From the IMG/VR virus record IMGVR_UViG_3300025327_000013: 64,000 nucleotides of DNA. The stretch is one strand, 5' to 3'. Source of the DNA: an uncultured virus (IMG/VR IMGVR_UViG_3300025327_000013). Its lineage: Duplodnaviria; Heunggongvirae; Uroviricota; Caudoviricetes. The translations under genes were made by a program, and so were the position numbers. The notes under the pieces were generated by a model. The model was not told the DNA's origin and made no database searches. It worked only from the letters and a program-made list of their open reading frames with translations. The stretch's first letter is position 1. Each line of letters begins with the position of its first letter. Below, one piece after another: positions 20,230 to 30,681 of the stretch.

Positions 20230-20740
20230 AGATGATGATACATGATCCAGTCGGAGGCGTGCCTCCGACATGGTCTTTATGGGTGCTTTTTACGGTTTCG
20301 TGCGTGCTTGGCCCCGCGCTCATACTATGGTTTTAACGTGAGCGATTCTGCGTTTGAGTCGATGGCGGTGGCTCGGGTGTTGCAGTTCTTGGTGTCTGAG
20401 GCTGAATCACTACTTCGTCAAGCCGCTCAGTATCGTCATGAGATGGACGCACTTCCCTCAACCTCCGACATCGAGTCGCTGCGGCGTCTATACGTACAGA
20501 TGATTCTGGATCTTCTTGACCGGTCACGTCGATTGTCGACAGCCGTAACGACGCTCGCTCCCTGTGATTAGTGGAGGGATACATGGTGACATGGACACAG
20601 CATGAAGCACTGGCCGACAGTATGCTTGCTCTTGTGCCCTATTCTGGGGTTGATCGTCCGCGCATCCGACAGGAGATCGTTGAATTGTTGCGTTCGCAGC
20701 ATTGCCAAGGGTGCCAGTGTACCGAAGTCGTGAGGTAAAT

Positions 20741-21259
20741 ATGTGGCTGTGCCATCGATCATTGCTGTGGCTGGTGATGTGGGTTGTTATATATGCGGTA
20801 AGTCTGCCTGCAACCGCTTGGGCCGTGACGTATGAGCTTGATGAGGGCCAAGCCGCGCCAGTGTCGGGGATTCTTCTGGATCAATCTGCCGCGGTGAAGG
20901 CAGTTGAAGCGATACGGGATGTGGAGTCGCTGGTGAAAGAGGTGGCGATACTCAAGCAGCAGGTGATTGCAAAGGGTGCTGAGATCGAGAACCTCGAGGC
21001 ACAGGTCGGTCAGTTGAGGCAGGAGGTCGCTGATCGGGCAACGGCGAATGCGATCAATGAAGACCGCTTCCAGCGCCAGCAGGAGATCGAGGCTCGGTAC
21101 CGGGCGCTGCTGGACGAAGGAGGGAAACTCCTCACGGCCTCGAACGTCGCGCTCAAGCGAGCGGATGAGCGGATTGAGAGCTTGGAAAAGCGGGCATTTT
21201 GGATGACAGTTTTGGCCCCCATCCTTGCGTTCGTGGGATTTCTTGCTGGGGGATTGTAG
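20741..21259 (+). CDS. exported coiled-coil protein with C-terminal TM (spanin-like)
   Basis: signal-peptide-like N-terminus ending AWA, coiled coil, C-terminal hydrophobic helix. Confidence 0.45.
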   Translation: MWLCHRSLLWLVMWVVIYAVSLPATAWAVTYELDEGQAAPVSGILLDQSAAVKAVEAIRDVESLVKEVAILKQQVIAKGAEIENLEAQVGQLRQEVADRATANAINEDRFQRQQEIEARYRALLDEGGKLLTASNVALKRADERIESLEKRAFWMTVLAPILAFVGFLAGGL

Positions 21260-22819
21260 TAGAATGGAGAAACCAGATGCCGTCGTTATTTGGTAATCGG
21301 CAGATAGAACTTCGATTGTCACGAGAGGATCGAGCCCTGCTCACGCGACTCGTGGCGGCGATAGAACGGCCTGTGCTTGAAATACATGTTATGCATCATG
21401 TGGTCGGGCCAATTCAGCTCGATCATTCCGGGTCGTTGACGCTGCGTCCCGGTGTCGGTCCAGCGGTGAGAGGCGTCCTCACCATTGATGGAAAGGATTG
21501 GCTGATCATGCAGACGATCAAGGATACGGAAACAAAGGTGGTGTCGGTACGCTGGATTGATGCTCTAGGGAATCCGGCGAAGCAGGACAGCATGACGTTT
21601 GAGTTGGCAGATGCGAATACGTGTACGCTCGAGGTGGCAGCGGATGGTCAGAGTGCCACGTTGAGGCCGATACAGGAAGCCGGGCATCTTGGCACTGGGC
21701 AAGTGAAGGTGACTGGGCATACGGAAGGCGAGACGGACGATGTCGCCCTGGGTGACTACGAGGTTGTGGGCGGTGAGGCGGTGACTGGCGTCGTCGTCTT
21801 TACGTAGTCAACGGTACGCCGGCGGCGGGGAATGAATCTCGCCGCCGGAGGAAGCCTTGACAGGAGACTCATGTCTAATAAACTTGTAGAGTTTGACGAC
21901 GTTGTGCGTCGTTGGATTGCCGCCGGAACCAAGAAGGATGACCTCGTGCGGTACATGGCCGATTGTATACTGGAAGGGCCACTCATTTGTGTACCGCCGA
22001 AGCTTCGAGAGATAGCTATGACTGTTCGGACGCTTCGCGCTGGTGTACGTCGGCGGACACGAAAAACAAGGAGGGTGTGATGGTGGGGCCGGAAGATGAG
22101 GATTGGGATGATGATGATTTCGACGAAGAGGATGAAGTGAGGCTTACGCGATGATTGGGTGGGAATGTTCAAAGTGCGGGGCTTGTTATGGACCGTTCGT
22201 CTCAGTGTGTTTCAATTGTGGGCCTAGAACGTATTCGTCTGGCACCGTGAATATTTCCTGTTCTGGATGCGGCAAGACACCGTGCGATGCGTCGTCAACT
22301 GGGTGCCCTATATTCAGGACACCGGATCTTACTGTCTGATGGTGCGTCCACGCGGACTCTGTATGGTGCCGTCCTGTGGAGTGTCAATTTCTGATAAGAA
22401 GGTCGCCTGTCCGTTTCATTGGTCCCTCGTGCCGACAATTCTGAAGGATCAGCTTTGGGAGCTCGCCAAGGAACCCTTGTACGAGGGTGGCTTATGGCAT
22501 GAGGCGACTCCGTGGAACGACGTCATTACGGCTGCGACGCAGGCTGCGCAGGCTGGGGAGCTGAAGTTGAAGGGTGGCTAAGTCCAAGACAGGAGGTTTT
22601 GAGTATGTTGGCGAGTCTAGAGGATACTGGGCGAAGCTTCGGGATGGGGCAGGGCGAGAGGTAACGTTGACCGAGTATCCGAGGTCGCTTCTCAGTATGC
22701 TTCGCGCTGGGGTCTTGGTAGGGCAAGCGAAAGAGGATGCGGAGGCGTTGAGTTCGGCTAATTAGTCTTGCGGACGTATTGCGGACGCTATTTATGCTCT
22801 GTTTACTTCTTGACTAGGG

Positions 22820-23878
22820 GTGGTGTCTCGATGTAGCGTAAGGTCCAAGAGACTACTACCTGTGCCACCTAAGCGCGGCAGGCCGCCACTGGTTCGACCA
22901 CTGGCTCCGGTCGTTTCTGATCCATCCAATCCTTACCAAGCTCTGTACCCACCGGATCTGACGAAGGTGGAATGCTGCCTTTGTCAAGAATCCATCGGGT
23001 CTATTGCTTCGCATCTACTCCAAAAACATCCAACTGTTCGACGCGAAGAATATTCCGAAATGTTTCCAAGTGCGCCACTTGTCGGCGAGATTGATCAGGT
23101 CAAAGAACCCGACCGCGCGGTCACGGTATCCAAAGACGAAGTGGAAGCGCATCCTGGTGGCCGGGAAGCGGCCCTCATTGAAAAGACGCTGGATAGTCGA
23201 GAGCGATCTGCCTATAGAGCCGACGTAGAATCGTTGTTGGGTCAAGGACACGCGCCAAGTCATCAGGTTGCATCCGTCGCGTATCTCATGACGCTGAGCC
23301 GCCGTGTCCGGCTTCGTATCGAGCAGACGCGAGACATTACCAAGGGGGAGGTGTTTCACTCGGAAGCGCTCGAGACCTTCCATGACCTTGAGGCGAAGAT
23401 CGGGAAGGGGATCGCTGACCTCGAGAAGATTCGTGCGCAGCGCGTGGAAGAGGCTGGCGAGGATCCGCTGGCGGTGGTGGAACAGGAACTCGAGGCTGCG
23501 GAGCTTTTCATTCAGTCGCGTATCGGTGAACATCTCTCGCGATGCCCTGGATGCGGACAGATGCTGACCGTTCCGGAGTTGCCGCATTGGGCGTATGAGC
23601 CGCTGCAGACCGATCAGGGGCTCCTGTGGCCTGTGTGGTCACCGGAGATGTGGAAGCTAGTACTGGGAGGAGAGATGCGTTTATCAGTTATGGCTTTCGC
23701 GCTCCGAACCAGCCCAGAAGGATTAAAGTACACCGCGGCTCGTCGCGGGGAACCGTGGCCGGATGATCTGGATCTTGGTGCAGCAGAGGCGGAATTGCGC
23801 GTGCGGTTGCTGGACGATGAACGCGTGAAGGCGTTGCCCGTCCATGCGGTCGTGGATGATGGAGGATCAATAGAGTGA
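22820..23878 (+). CDS. zinc-finger plus helical protein, possible terminase small subunit
   Basis: RGRP AT-hook-like motif, CxxC..H...H finger with EEY..FP..PL, coiled coil; function inferred only. Confidence 0.35.
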   Translation: MVSRCSVRSKRLLPVPPKRGRPPLVRPLAPVVSDPSNPYQALYPPDLTKVECCLCQESIGSIASHLLQKHPTVRREEYSEMFPSAPLVGEIDQVKEPDRAVTVSKDEVEAHPGGREAALIEKTLDSRERSAYRADVESLLGQGHAPSHQVASVAYLMTLSRRVRLRIEQTRDITKGEVFHSEALETFHDLEAKIGKGIADLEKIRAQRVEEAGEDPLAVVEQELEAAELFIQSRIGEHLSRCPGCGQMLTVPELPHWAYEPLQTDQGLLWPVWSPEMWKLVLGGEMRLSVMAFALRTSPEGLKYTAARRGEPWPDDLDLGAAEAELRVRLLDDERVKALPVHAVVDDGGSIE

Positions 23879-24120
23879 TGACCTTGATGAATCGTGGTGC
23901 CGTGACGATTGATGATCGTCCAGCGCATTCATGGGAAAAGAACGGTACGCAGTACGTGTCGTTTGATCCATGGGGGTGTTGGGGTGAAGGGGCGACGCTC
24001 GAGGCAGCGGTTGATGATCTCATTGATGCTGTACGCGAAATGCGTGGAGCGTTCCTCAATGAGGGTCAAATTGAGCCGTGGGAAGTTGATGGATGGGAGG
24101 ATACCCGTGGCCCCCTTTAG
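23875..24120 (+). CDS. HicB-like N-terminal domain protein
   Basis: GCWGEGATLEAAVDDLIDAV matches the HicB GCx(3)GxTxEEA pattern. Confidence 0.5.
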   Translation: MMTLMNRGAVTIDDRPAHSWEKNGTQYVSFDPWGCWGEGATLEAAVDDLIDAVREMRGAFLNEGQIEPWEVDGWEDTRGPL

Positions 24121-25004
24121 CGATAAAATAAATCCAGAAGATCATTTCTGGATGGGTCTCTCGCAAGCGCCGGATATTGAGCGGATGCCGGCAGTGGTGC
24201 TTTGTCCCGCAGGTCATCGAGCGTATCGGCTGATTCTCGAGTTGACGGCTGACTCTGAGCATGACCCTGTACGTGTTCCAGCCTACGGTTGTCAAGCCTG
24301 TCAGGTCCTTTATAGATATCAGGAATGTCCGCGCCTTCCACCAGGGGAAGAAGGCCTCCCTCCGTGTGACGAGACACCGGCATGACATGTCGAGATTTCT
24401 TTGCACGTTTTGCATGGCTTCCGTGTATGTCGGCAGGTGTAGTGCCACCGGAGATCGTGGATGGGTCGGCGTCCTTTGATGACAACGTGGAGGTCATGGT
24501 GCAGGCTGTGACGAAGACATTTGAGCGCGACGTCCGCCGCGGTCGCTTGCCGCAGGTGCTCAATGGGGGCCAGCGTGGCTGAGTATTCCCACGAAGGCGC
24601 ATCGATCTGGGGTTGGTCGACCTTCCGCGCGCTGGCGAAGCACTTTCGTCTGACGGTCTCTGCGCGCCTGACGCCGACGTCTGAACTCATGCTGACGCCC
24701 TATCGCACACAGATGATCGAAGAGGAGGAGCGGGCGCGGCACGAGATGGAAGGGGCGATCGGCGCGTGGCGCCAGGATCTGCTCGTCGGGACTCGGCAGT
24801 GTCCTGCCAAACATCCGGTGATTCCATATGAAATTCGCGTGTCTATGCCGGGGGCGAGTCGGCGCCGCTGGATCCAGTGTTTTCCGAGCATGGAAGGGAA
24901 TTCGGCGGGCTACGTGCCGGTACCAGTGTTTTTTTGTGCCGTGTGCGTTGGGGTATACCGGCCGCGTGAGGTCGAGGTCGTCAGCCAATCAAGCGAGGTG
25001 CCAC

Positions 25005-25562
25005 GTGTCTAGTAAGTACGAGATTGTTGATCGTATTTGTAAGATATGCGGGCAGGAGTACAAGACACAGTTTTGGCGTAATCTTTATTTCTGTAGCAGA
25101 TCCTGTTATCACGTATCTAAAGTCGGAGCGGGGAATCCAAAATGGCGGGGTGGTGAAGTGATCAACAAAGGTTATCGGTACATGTATAACCCGAGTCATC
25201 CAAATGCCACAAAGCAAGGATATGTATTAGAACACCGGCTTGTTATGGAAAGTGCCACTGGGCGGCTTTTGAGTCGTAAGGAAGTCGTGCATCATAAAAA
25301 CGAGAAAACGCTAGAGAATAATCAGGAAAATCTTCTTGTGTGCGAATCCAACGGTCATCATATTTCTGCACATCATCATCCTGATGGCGGCAAGTTTAAT
25401 AGAATGAAGACTCATTGTTTACGTGGGCATGAGTTCACGTTAGACAATACAGTTATACATGTTTGTTTGGGAGTTAGAAAACGTATGTGCAAGGCGTGCG
25501 AGAGCGATAGGAAGAAAAGGGTGTATTGGAATAGGAGGCAAGCAAGTGCGCAAGCCGTGTGA
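25005..25562 (+). CDS. HNH homing endonuclease
   Basis: NPKWRGG, YVLEHRLVME, VHHKNE..NN..NL, C-terminal HC..GH..C..C; AT-rich. Confidence 0.85.
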   Translation: MSSKYEIVDRICKICGQEYKTQFWRNLYFCSRSCYHVSKVGAGNPKWRGGEVINKGYRYMYNPSHPNATKQGYVLEHRLVMESATGRLLSRKEVVHHKNEKTLENNQENLLVCESNGHHISAHHHPDGGKFNRMKTHCLRGHEFTLDNTVIHVCLGVRKRMCKACESDRKKRVYWNRRQASAQAV

Positions 25563-26181
25563 GTCGTGTGAGAAATTACCTTGGAGTAAGACTGCGACTC
25601 GACGGTGTATTGAATTCGGTATGAATTTGGACGTTGGATCATCGTCTCATCCGCAGAAGGGATTCTTGGGCATGGATCGTCGCGAAGTGCCGAATGTAAG
25701 TTTCGTGTGGGATGTGATGTCTCCATCTGAGCCCCCGTGGTGGGCGCAGCAGCAGTTTGGGGCGAAGGCTATTCCTCTTCCATTCCCTAGCATGTGCGTA
25801 GACAAGCTCCTGATGTCGCATTTATTTGAACACATTGCACCTGAGGCCAGCATTGCAGTCATGGACGAAATTTGGCGTCTTATGAAGCCCGATGGTCAAG
25901 CGTTGATTGTGGTGCCACATGGGAATAGTCATGGGTACATGCAAGATCCAACACATCAATTGCCTTGTAATGAAAGTACCTTTGCATACTGGGATCCTGA
26001 ACATGCCTCTCAACTGTGGCAGGTTTATCGCCCTAAGCCGTGGAAGATCGCGAGAATGCATGCGAGTCCTCTTCACAATATAGAAGTGATACTTGAGCCG
26101 AGAAAAAAGGCTGACGGCAGCGTGATTGACATTACAATCGAGAAGCTCAAGCGAAAGCACACGAAGAGGAGAACGCGGTGA
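25546..26181 (+). CDS. class I SAM methyltransferase (type 11-like)
   Basis: LDVGS, SHLFEHI, EIWRLMKPDG, DPTH. Confidence 0.8.
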   Translation: MRKPCESCEKLPWSKTATRRCIEFGMNLDVGSSSHPQKGFLGMDRREVPNVSFVWDVMSPSEPPWWAQQQFGAKAIPLPFPSMCVDKLLMSHLFEHIAPEASIAVMDEIWRLMKPDGQALIVVPHGNSHGYMQDPTHQLPCNESTFAYWDPEHASQLWQVYRPKPWKIARMHASPLHNIEVILEPRKKADGSVIDITIEKLKRKHTKRRTR

Positions 26182-27095
26182 GCAGGACGAATGGAAACCG
26201 GATCAGTCAGGTGGCATCAATCGGCCTTCAGCCGCAAGCGAAAGGTCACAGGGAACTCAAGAAGCGCGCGACATTGAAACTCGGCAAGGATAAGATCATC
26301 CGCAATCTGGGCTTGCTGGGCCGCAAGGTACTTATCGGGACGCCTACTCTAGGGGTCATCAGAATTGAGGCCGCCATGCAGCGGCAGGGGCAGGTTGTGC
26401 CGATTAACTGGCAGGCGGGAAGCATAACAGCGTCCCATCAGCCACCTTCTGTGATCTCTGAGGGATATCATACTGCTGATGCTCAGAATATTATTGTGGA
26501 GCGTGCGGTTCTGGATGGTTACTCGTGGCTTCTCCTCATTGAGGATGATGTACTTCCACCATTCGACACGTTTATGAAATTCAATCAACATATGTTAGAT
26601 GTGACTGCGCCGATCATCTCTGGGCTCTATTTCTCTAAAGGGGAACCGTCGTGGCCACTGGTCTTTCGCGGTCGTGGCAACGGTGCTTATACGAATTTCG
26701 ACATTGGGGATCAGGTGTGGTGCGATGGTTTACCCACCGGCCTTCTAATAATCCACGGTTCGATACTCCAGTATATGTGGGCGAATTCTGAAGAATATCG
26801 GTTGCCGGATGGCCGGAAGTGTCGGCAGGTCTTCAAATTTCCACGTGAAAGTTGGTTCGACCCTGAAGCGGATCGGTTTTTTGCAACTGGCGGAACTTCT
26901 GATTTGTATTTCTGCGATAGAATTATGAAAGAAAACGTTTTCGCAAGGACGGGCTGGCCCAAGTTTTCTAAGATGAAATTTCCTTTTCTCTGCGATACAT
27001 CTATCAGCGCTCAGCAAATTGACTTAAGTGGCAAGTACTACCCAGCCGGCTGCACGAAGATCCTCGCCCCGCACCGAGAGAAGAAAGGGAGGTAG
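26178..27095 (+). CDS. GT-A fold glycosyltransferase
   Basis: WLLLIEDDVLPP (DxD-like), ISGLYF, SDLYFC. Confidence 0.7.
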   Translation: MSRTNGNRISQVASIGLQPQAKGHRELKKRATLKLGKDKIIRNLGLLGRKVLIGTPTLGVIRIEAAMQRQGQVVPINWQAGSITASHQPPSVISEGYHTADAQNIIVERAVLDGYSWLLLIEDDVLPPFDTFMKFNQHMLDVTAPIISGLYFSKGEPSWPLVFRGRGNGAYTNFDIGDQVWCDGLPTGLLIIHGSILQYMWANSEEYRLPDGRKCRQVFKFPRESWFDPEADRFFATGGTSDLYFCDRIMKENVFARTGWPKFSKMKFPFLCDTSISAQQIDLSGKYYPAGCTKILAPHREKKGR

Positions 27096-27098
27096 TCC

Positions 27099-27581
27099 AT
27101 GGCCCTGACACCAGCGCAAATTGCCACACTCGCAACGGACATCCAAACGCATCCCGAGTTAGCCGAGTTCTACGTCGGCGCAGCGAATGACAACGTGGCG
27201 GTGCGCGATTACTATAACGCTCCTGACCCGACGCTCGCGGATTGCTGGCGGACGTCTATGTCGATGGCCGAGGCGCTCAAATCGGTGAATTGGACCGAGT
27301 TCATCGGCCGGACGCAGGGGGAGCGCGATGCCTTCCGCATGATGTTCTCGCTTGGGTCCGTCGCGCCGTCCGATGCGAATATCAGGGCCGGGTTCACGGA
27401 CATCTTCAGTGGCCCGAGTGGCGTGACCACGCGGACGGCGTTGACGGCCGCGGCCAAGCGCAAGATGACGCGCGCGGAGCTGCTGTTCGCCACGGGACCG
27501 GCGACGTTTACTCTGACGCACGAGGGGGCGGTGTCCAGTACTGAAGTCAGCGCGGCGTTTGCGTTGATCCCAGGAGCGTAA
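27099..27581 (+). CDS. putative virion-associated protein
   Basis: GGGAGG RBS; first gene of the adhesin cluster. Confidence 0.5.
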   Translation: MALTPAQIATLATDIQTHPELAEFYVGAANDNVAVRDYYNAPDPTLADCWRTSMSMAEALKSVNWTEFIGRTQGERDAFRMMFSLGSVAPSDANIRAGFTDIFSGPSGVTTRTALTAAAKRKMTRAELLFATGPATFTLTHEGAVSSTEVSAAFALIPGA

Positions 27582-27584
27582 CCA

Positions 27585-28031
27585 ATGCCGAATGTCTTGC
27601 TGTGGGACGCGGCTCCGACCAGCGAAGGGACCATCCTGACGACGGAGCTGAACGCACTCGGGGACGCCGCGTGGACCGTAGCGGGCACCGAGTACGACAA
27701 CTCCACGGATCTCCGCCAGTTCTTCCAGGCCGTGGTGGCGGTAGACTTTGTCTCTGCCCCCACAGCCACAGGCTTCGTGAGCCTCTACGCGATCAAGGCC
27801 GTGGACGGCTCGAACTACGAGACGCTCGACTCAGACAACGATCCCCGTGCCGACAAGCTGGTCGCCGTGATCAGCCTGATCGACACGACGGCGGCGCAGA
27901 TCCGGGCCTCGGGCATCTTCACCTTGCCGGGGTGCAAGGTAAAGTTCATCCTGAAGAACTCCTCGGGGCAGGCGTTCCCGGCGACGGGATCGACGGTAAC
28001 GCTGTACTCGCAGGCGGATGAACTCCAATAA
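27585..28031 (+). CDS. putative beta-rich structural protein
   Basis: Thr/Ala-rich; coupled to the LamG-like gene. Confidence 0.5.
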   Translation: MPNVLLWDAAPTSEGTILTTELNALGDAAWTVAGTEYDNSTDLRQFFQAVVAVDFVSAPTATGFVSLYAIKAVDGSNYETLDSDNDPRADKLVAVISLIDTTAAQIRASGIFTLPGCKVKFILKNSSGQAFPATGSTVTLYSQADELQ

Positions 28032-28894
28032 TGCCGCGCTCGACGCTCTGGCCTGATCCCCGCGTCAAGCCGCCCTTCAGGTCGGTAGAGATCGACCGTG
28101 GGCGCCCGATCGGAGCCAGTATTCGGGTTGTCTGGCTGATGAATGAAGGGGCTGGCGTAGGGGTCTACAGCCTCGGTCTTCGTCACATGCTTGCGACCCG
28201 CCTGGTAATCAATAGCGGCTGGAGTGTAACGCCATTCGGGCCTGGTATGGTCTTTAGCAGCGCCAACGACGATCTCACGCTCGAAGGTATAGACAATCCC
28301 TTCTACACAATGACGGCGCCGTTTTCTCTTGAAGTGCTCTGCATGCTGCCCGCGACCGTCGTTGGCTACGGTGGGCTGCTAAGCTGTGTGCCGGCGTCTG
28401 GAGCCAACGGGGCGCACTTCTCTGATTCTGGGGGGTCCACCTCCGCGTTCCGACCCACGCTGGTGCTGCTGGCGGGTGGCACAGAGAGTGCGCTGTGGTA
28501 CGGCACGAGCACCATCACGCCACCCTTCGCGGGGCATCTCCTCGCGACCTATGACGGGACGACTGGGTACGTGTACGTCAATGGCGTAGACCAAGGCGCT
28601 ACGACGCACGGCGCCCTGGGGTACGGCGGTGGCCTCCAAAACCGGATCGGCAGAAACTTCTACGCACGGCAAAATGCGACCGTGGTCAAGACGGCCATCT
28701 ATAATCGCGCCCTGTCGTCTGGCGAGGCTCTCGAACTCGCGGCGAAACCCTACGCTGGGCTCCGCCCGATCCTCCGGCGGCGGTACTTCGTGCCGGCGGT
28801 GGGGCCAGGTACAAAGATCAGCGATGCCGCGGCCGTGGCCATGGCAGAGTCGGGCAAAGGGGTGAGTCTCTTGGTTTCCGAGGGGAGGAGATAG
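28031..28894 (+). CDS. LamG/concanavalin-A-like lectin domain protein
   Basis: W.MNEG, HLLATYDGT..YVYVNG, IYNRALS. Confidence 0.8.
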   Translation: MPRSTLWPDPRVKPPFRSVEIDRGRPIGASIRVVWLMNEGAGVGVYSLGLRHMLATRLVINSGWSVTPFGPGMVFSSANDDLTLEGIDNPFYTMTAPFSLEVLCMLPATVVGYGGLLSCVPASGANGAHFSDSGGSTSAFRPTLVLLAGGTESALWYGTSTITPPFAGHLLATYDGTTGYVYVNGVDQGATTHGALGYGGGLQNRIGRNFYARQNATVVKTAIYNRALSSGEALELAAKPYAGLRPILRRRYFVPAVGPGTKISDAAAVAMAESGKGVSLLVSEGRR

Positions 28895-28898
28895 GGCC

Positions 28899-30650
28899 AT
28901 GATTATTCTCAGCGCGGTTGCGGTGGCTGCAGATCGGATTAACCTATCCTGGACCGATGACTACGCATCCGGGCCAGGGTATCTCCTCGAGCGTGCGCCG
29001 TCGACCTCTGGTCCATGGGCCGTCGTCACGACGCTTGGAGGGACGGTGCGAGCGTATACTGATACCGGCCTCGCGCCCTCGACGGCGTACGCCTATCGGC
29101 TCTCTCGTGTCGCGGAAGCGGTGACGGCAAACGCGACGACGCCGAGCGGCGTGACGATGCCCTCTGCGCCGACGGGCTTGACCGCTATCGCAGTGTCTTC
29201 GAGTCAGATCAACTTAGCGTGGACCGATACGTCGACGAACGAACTTGGCTTTCGGATTGACCGCTGGGCCGGCGTCTGGGCTCCCCCGATCTTTGTCGGC
29301 GCGAATGTGACGACGTATGCGGATACCGGCCTCGCCGCTTCGACGGCCTACACCTATCAGGTACGTGCGTACAATACCGCTGGAGATTCGGCTACGACAC
29401 CGTATGCCAGCGCGACGACAGGGTCAACCGCAACGATGCCCACTGCTCCAAGTAATCTTGTGGCCAGTGCGGTCTCCGCCAGCCAGATCAACCTGGCCTG
29501 GACCGACAATGCCACCAACGAAACGGGGTTCAAGGTCGAGCGGGCCACCTCCTCGGCCGGCCCCTGGACTCAGATCGCGATTACGGGCACGAACATCGTC
29601 TCGTATTCGAGCACCGGCCTGAGTCCGTCCACGACCTACTTCTACCGCGTCCGCGCCACCAACGCGGCGGGTGATTCCGGGTACTCCAATACCGCCGGTG
29701 CTACAACTCAGGCCGGAGGTGTCCCCGGTGAGTTTCTGTGGGCGAAGCGCATTGGGGGAGTTGGCAGCGACGTTGGGTATGCCGTGGCGGTGGACGGGCT
29801 CGGCAATGTCGTGATGGTGGGCACCTTCCAGGGGACGGTGGATTTCTGGGGCGCGCCGCTCACCAGCGCCGGGACCACGGACATGTTCGTGGTGAAGTAC
29901 GCTCCGTCGGGGGAGCTTATATGGGCGAAACACTTGGGAGGAAGCGCGGGCACGGGCCGAGCGAACGCTGTCGCGGTAGACGCCGTCGGCGACGTGGTAG
30001 TGACCGGATACTTCCAGGGGACGGTGGACTTCGGAGGTACGCCACTCACCAGTGCCGGTGGGGCGGACGTCTTCGTAGCCAAGTACGCGGGACTCACTGG
30101 GGCGCACCTGTGGTCAGAACGCTTCGGGAGCACGGGCATTGACGTTCCCAATGCTGTCGCAGTAGACGCCGTCGGCGACGTGGTGGTGACCGGATACTTC
30201 CAGGGGACGGTGGACTTCGGAGGCGCGCTGCTGACCAGTGCCGGCGGGACCGACATCTTCGTCGCGAAGTACGCGGGACTCAATGGCACGCCCCTGTGGT
30301 CCGACAGCTTTGGCGGCGCTGTCGATGATTACGGTCAATCTGTTGCGGTCGATGGCAGCGGCAACGTCGTGGTGACGGGATATTTCCAGCAGACGGTCGA
30401 CTTCGGGGGCGGGCCGCTGACCAGCGCCGGAGATTACGACATCTTCGTCGCGAAGTACTCATCCACCGGCGGGCACCTATGGTCAAAGCGCTTCGGTGAC
30501 ATCGTGGCCCAGAAAGGCTTCGCTGTCGCGGCTGACGATAGCGGCAATATATTCGTGACGGGGTTCTTTCTGTACCGGACGGACCTTGGTGGTGGAATAC
30601 TCAGTAGTGCGGGCCAATCCGACGTCTTCCTCCTTAAACTTGGCCCGTAG
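28899..30650 (+). CDS. 3x fibronectin type III plus beta-propeller repeat protein
   Basis: INLAWTD..NE.GF, TGL..ST.Y.YRVRA.N..G.S; repeated AVAVD..G.VVVTGYFQGTVDFGG blades. Confidence 0.85.
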   Translation: MIILSAVAVAADRINLSWTDDYASGPGYLLERAPSTSGPWAVVTTLGGTVRAYTDTGLAPSTAYAYRLSRVAEAVTANATTPSGVTMPSAPTGLTAIAVSSSQINLAWTDTSTNELGFRIDRWAGVWAPPIFVGANVTTYADTGLAASTAYTYQVRAYNTAGDSATTPYASATTGSTATMPTAPSNLVASAVSASQINLAWTDNATNETGFKVERATSSAGPWTQIAITGTNIVSYSSTGLSPSTTYFYRVRATNAAGDSGYSNTAGATTQAGGVPGEFLWAKRIGGVGSDVGYAVAVDGLGNVVMVGTFQGTVDFWGAPLTSAGTTDMFVVKYAPSGELIWAKHLGGSAGTGRANAVAVDAVGDVVVTGYFQGTVDFGGTPLTSAGGADVFVAKYAGLTGAHLWSERFGSTGIDVPNAVAVDAVGDVVVTGYFQGTVDFGGALLTSAGGTDIFVAKYAGLNGTPLWSDSFGGAVDDYGQSVAVDGSGNVVVTGYFQQTVDFGGGPLTSAGDYDIFVAKYSSTGGHLWSKRFGDIVAQKGFAVAADDSGNIFVTGFFLYRTDLGGGILSSAGQSDVFLLKLGP

Positions 30651-30681
30651 CTCGGATCGGATAGCGAAAGGAGGGAGATAG

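Noticed and set aside
29965..30290. Near-identical repeat as a DGR template/variable pair
   Set aside because: Both copies are in-frame propeller blades and the differences are not adenine-restricted.
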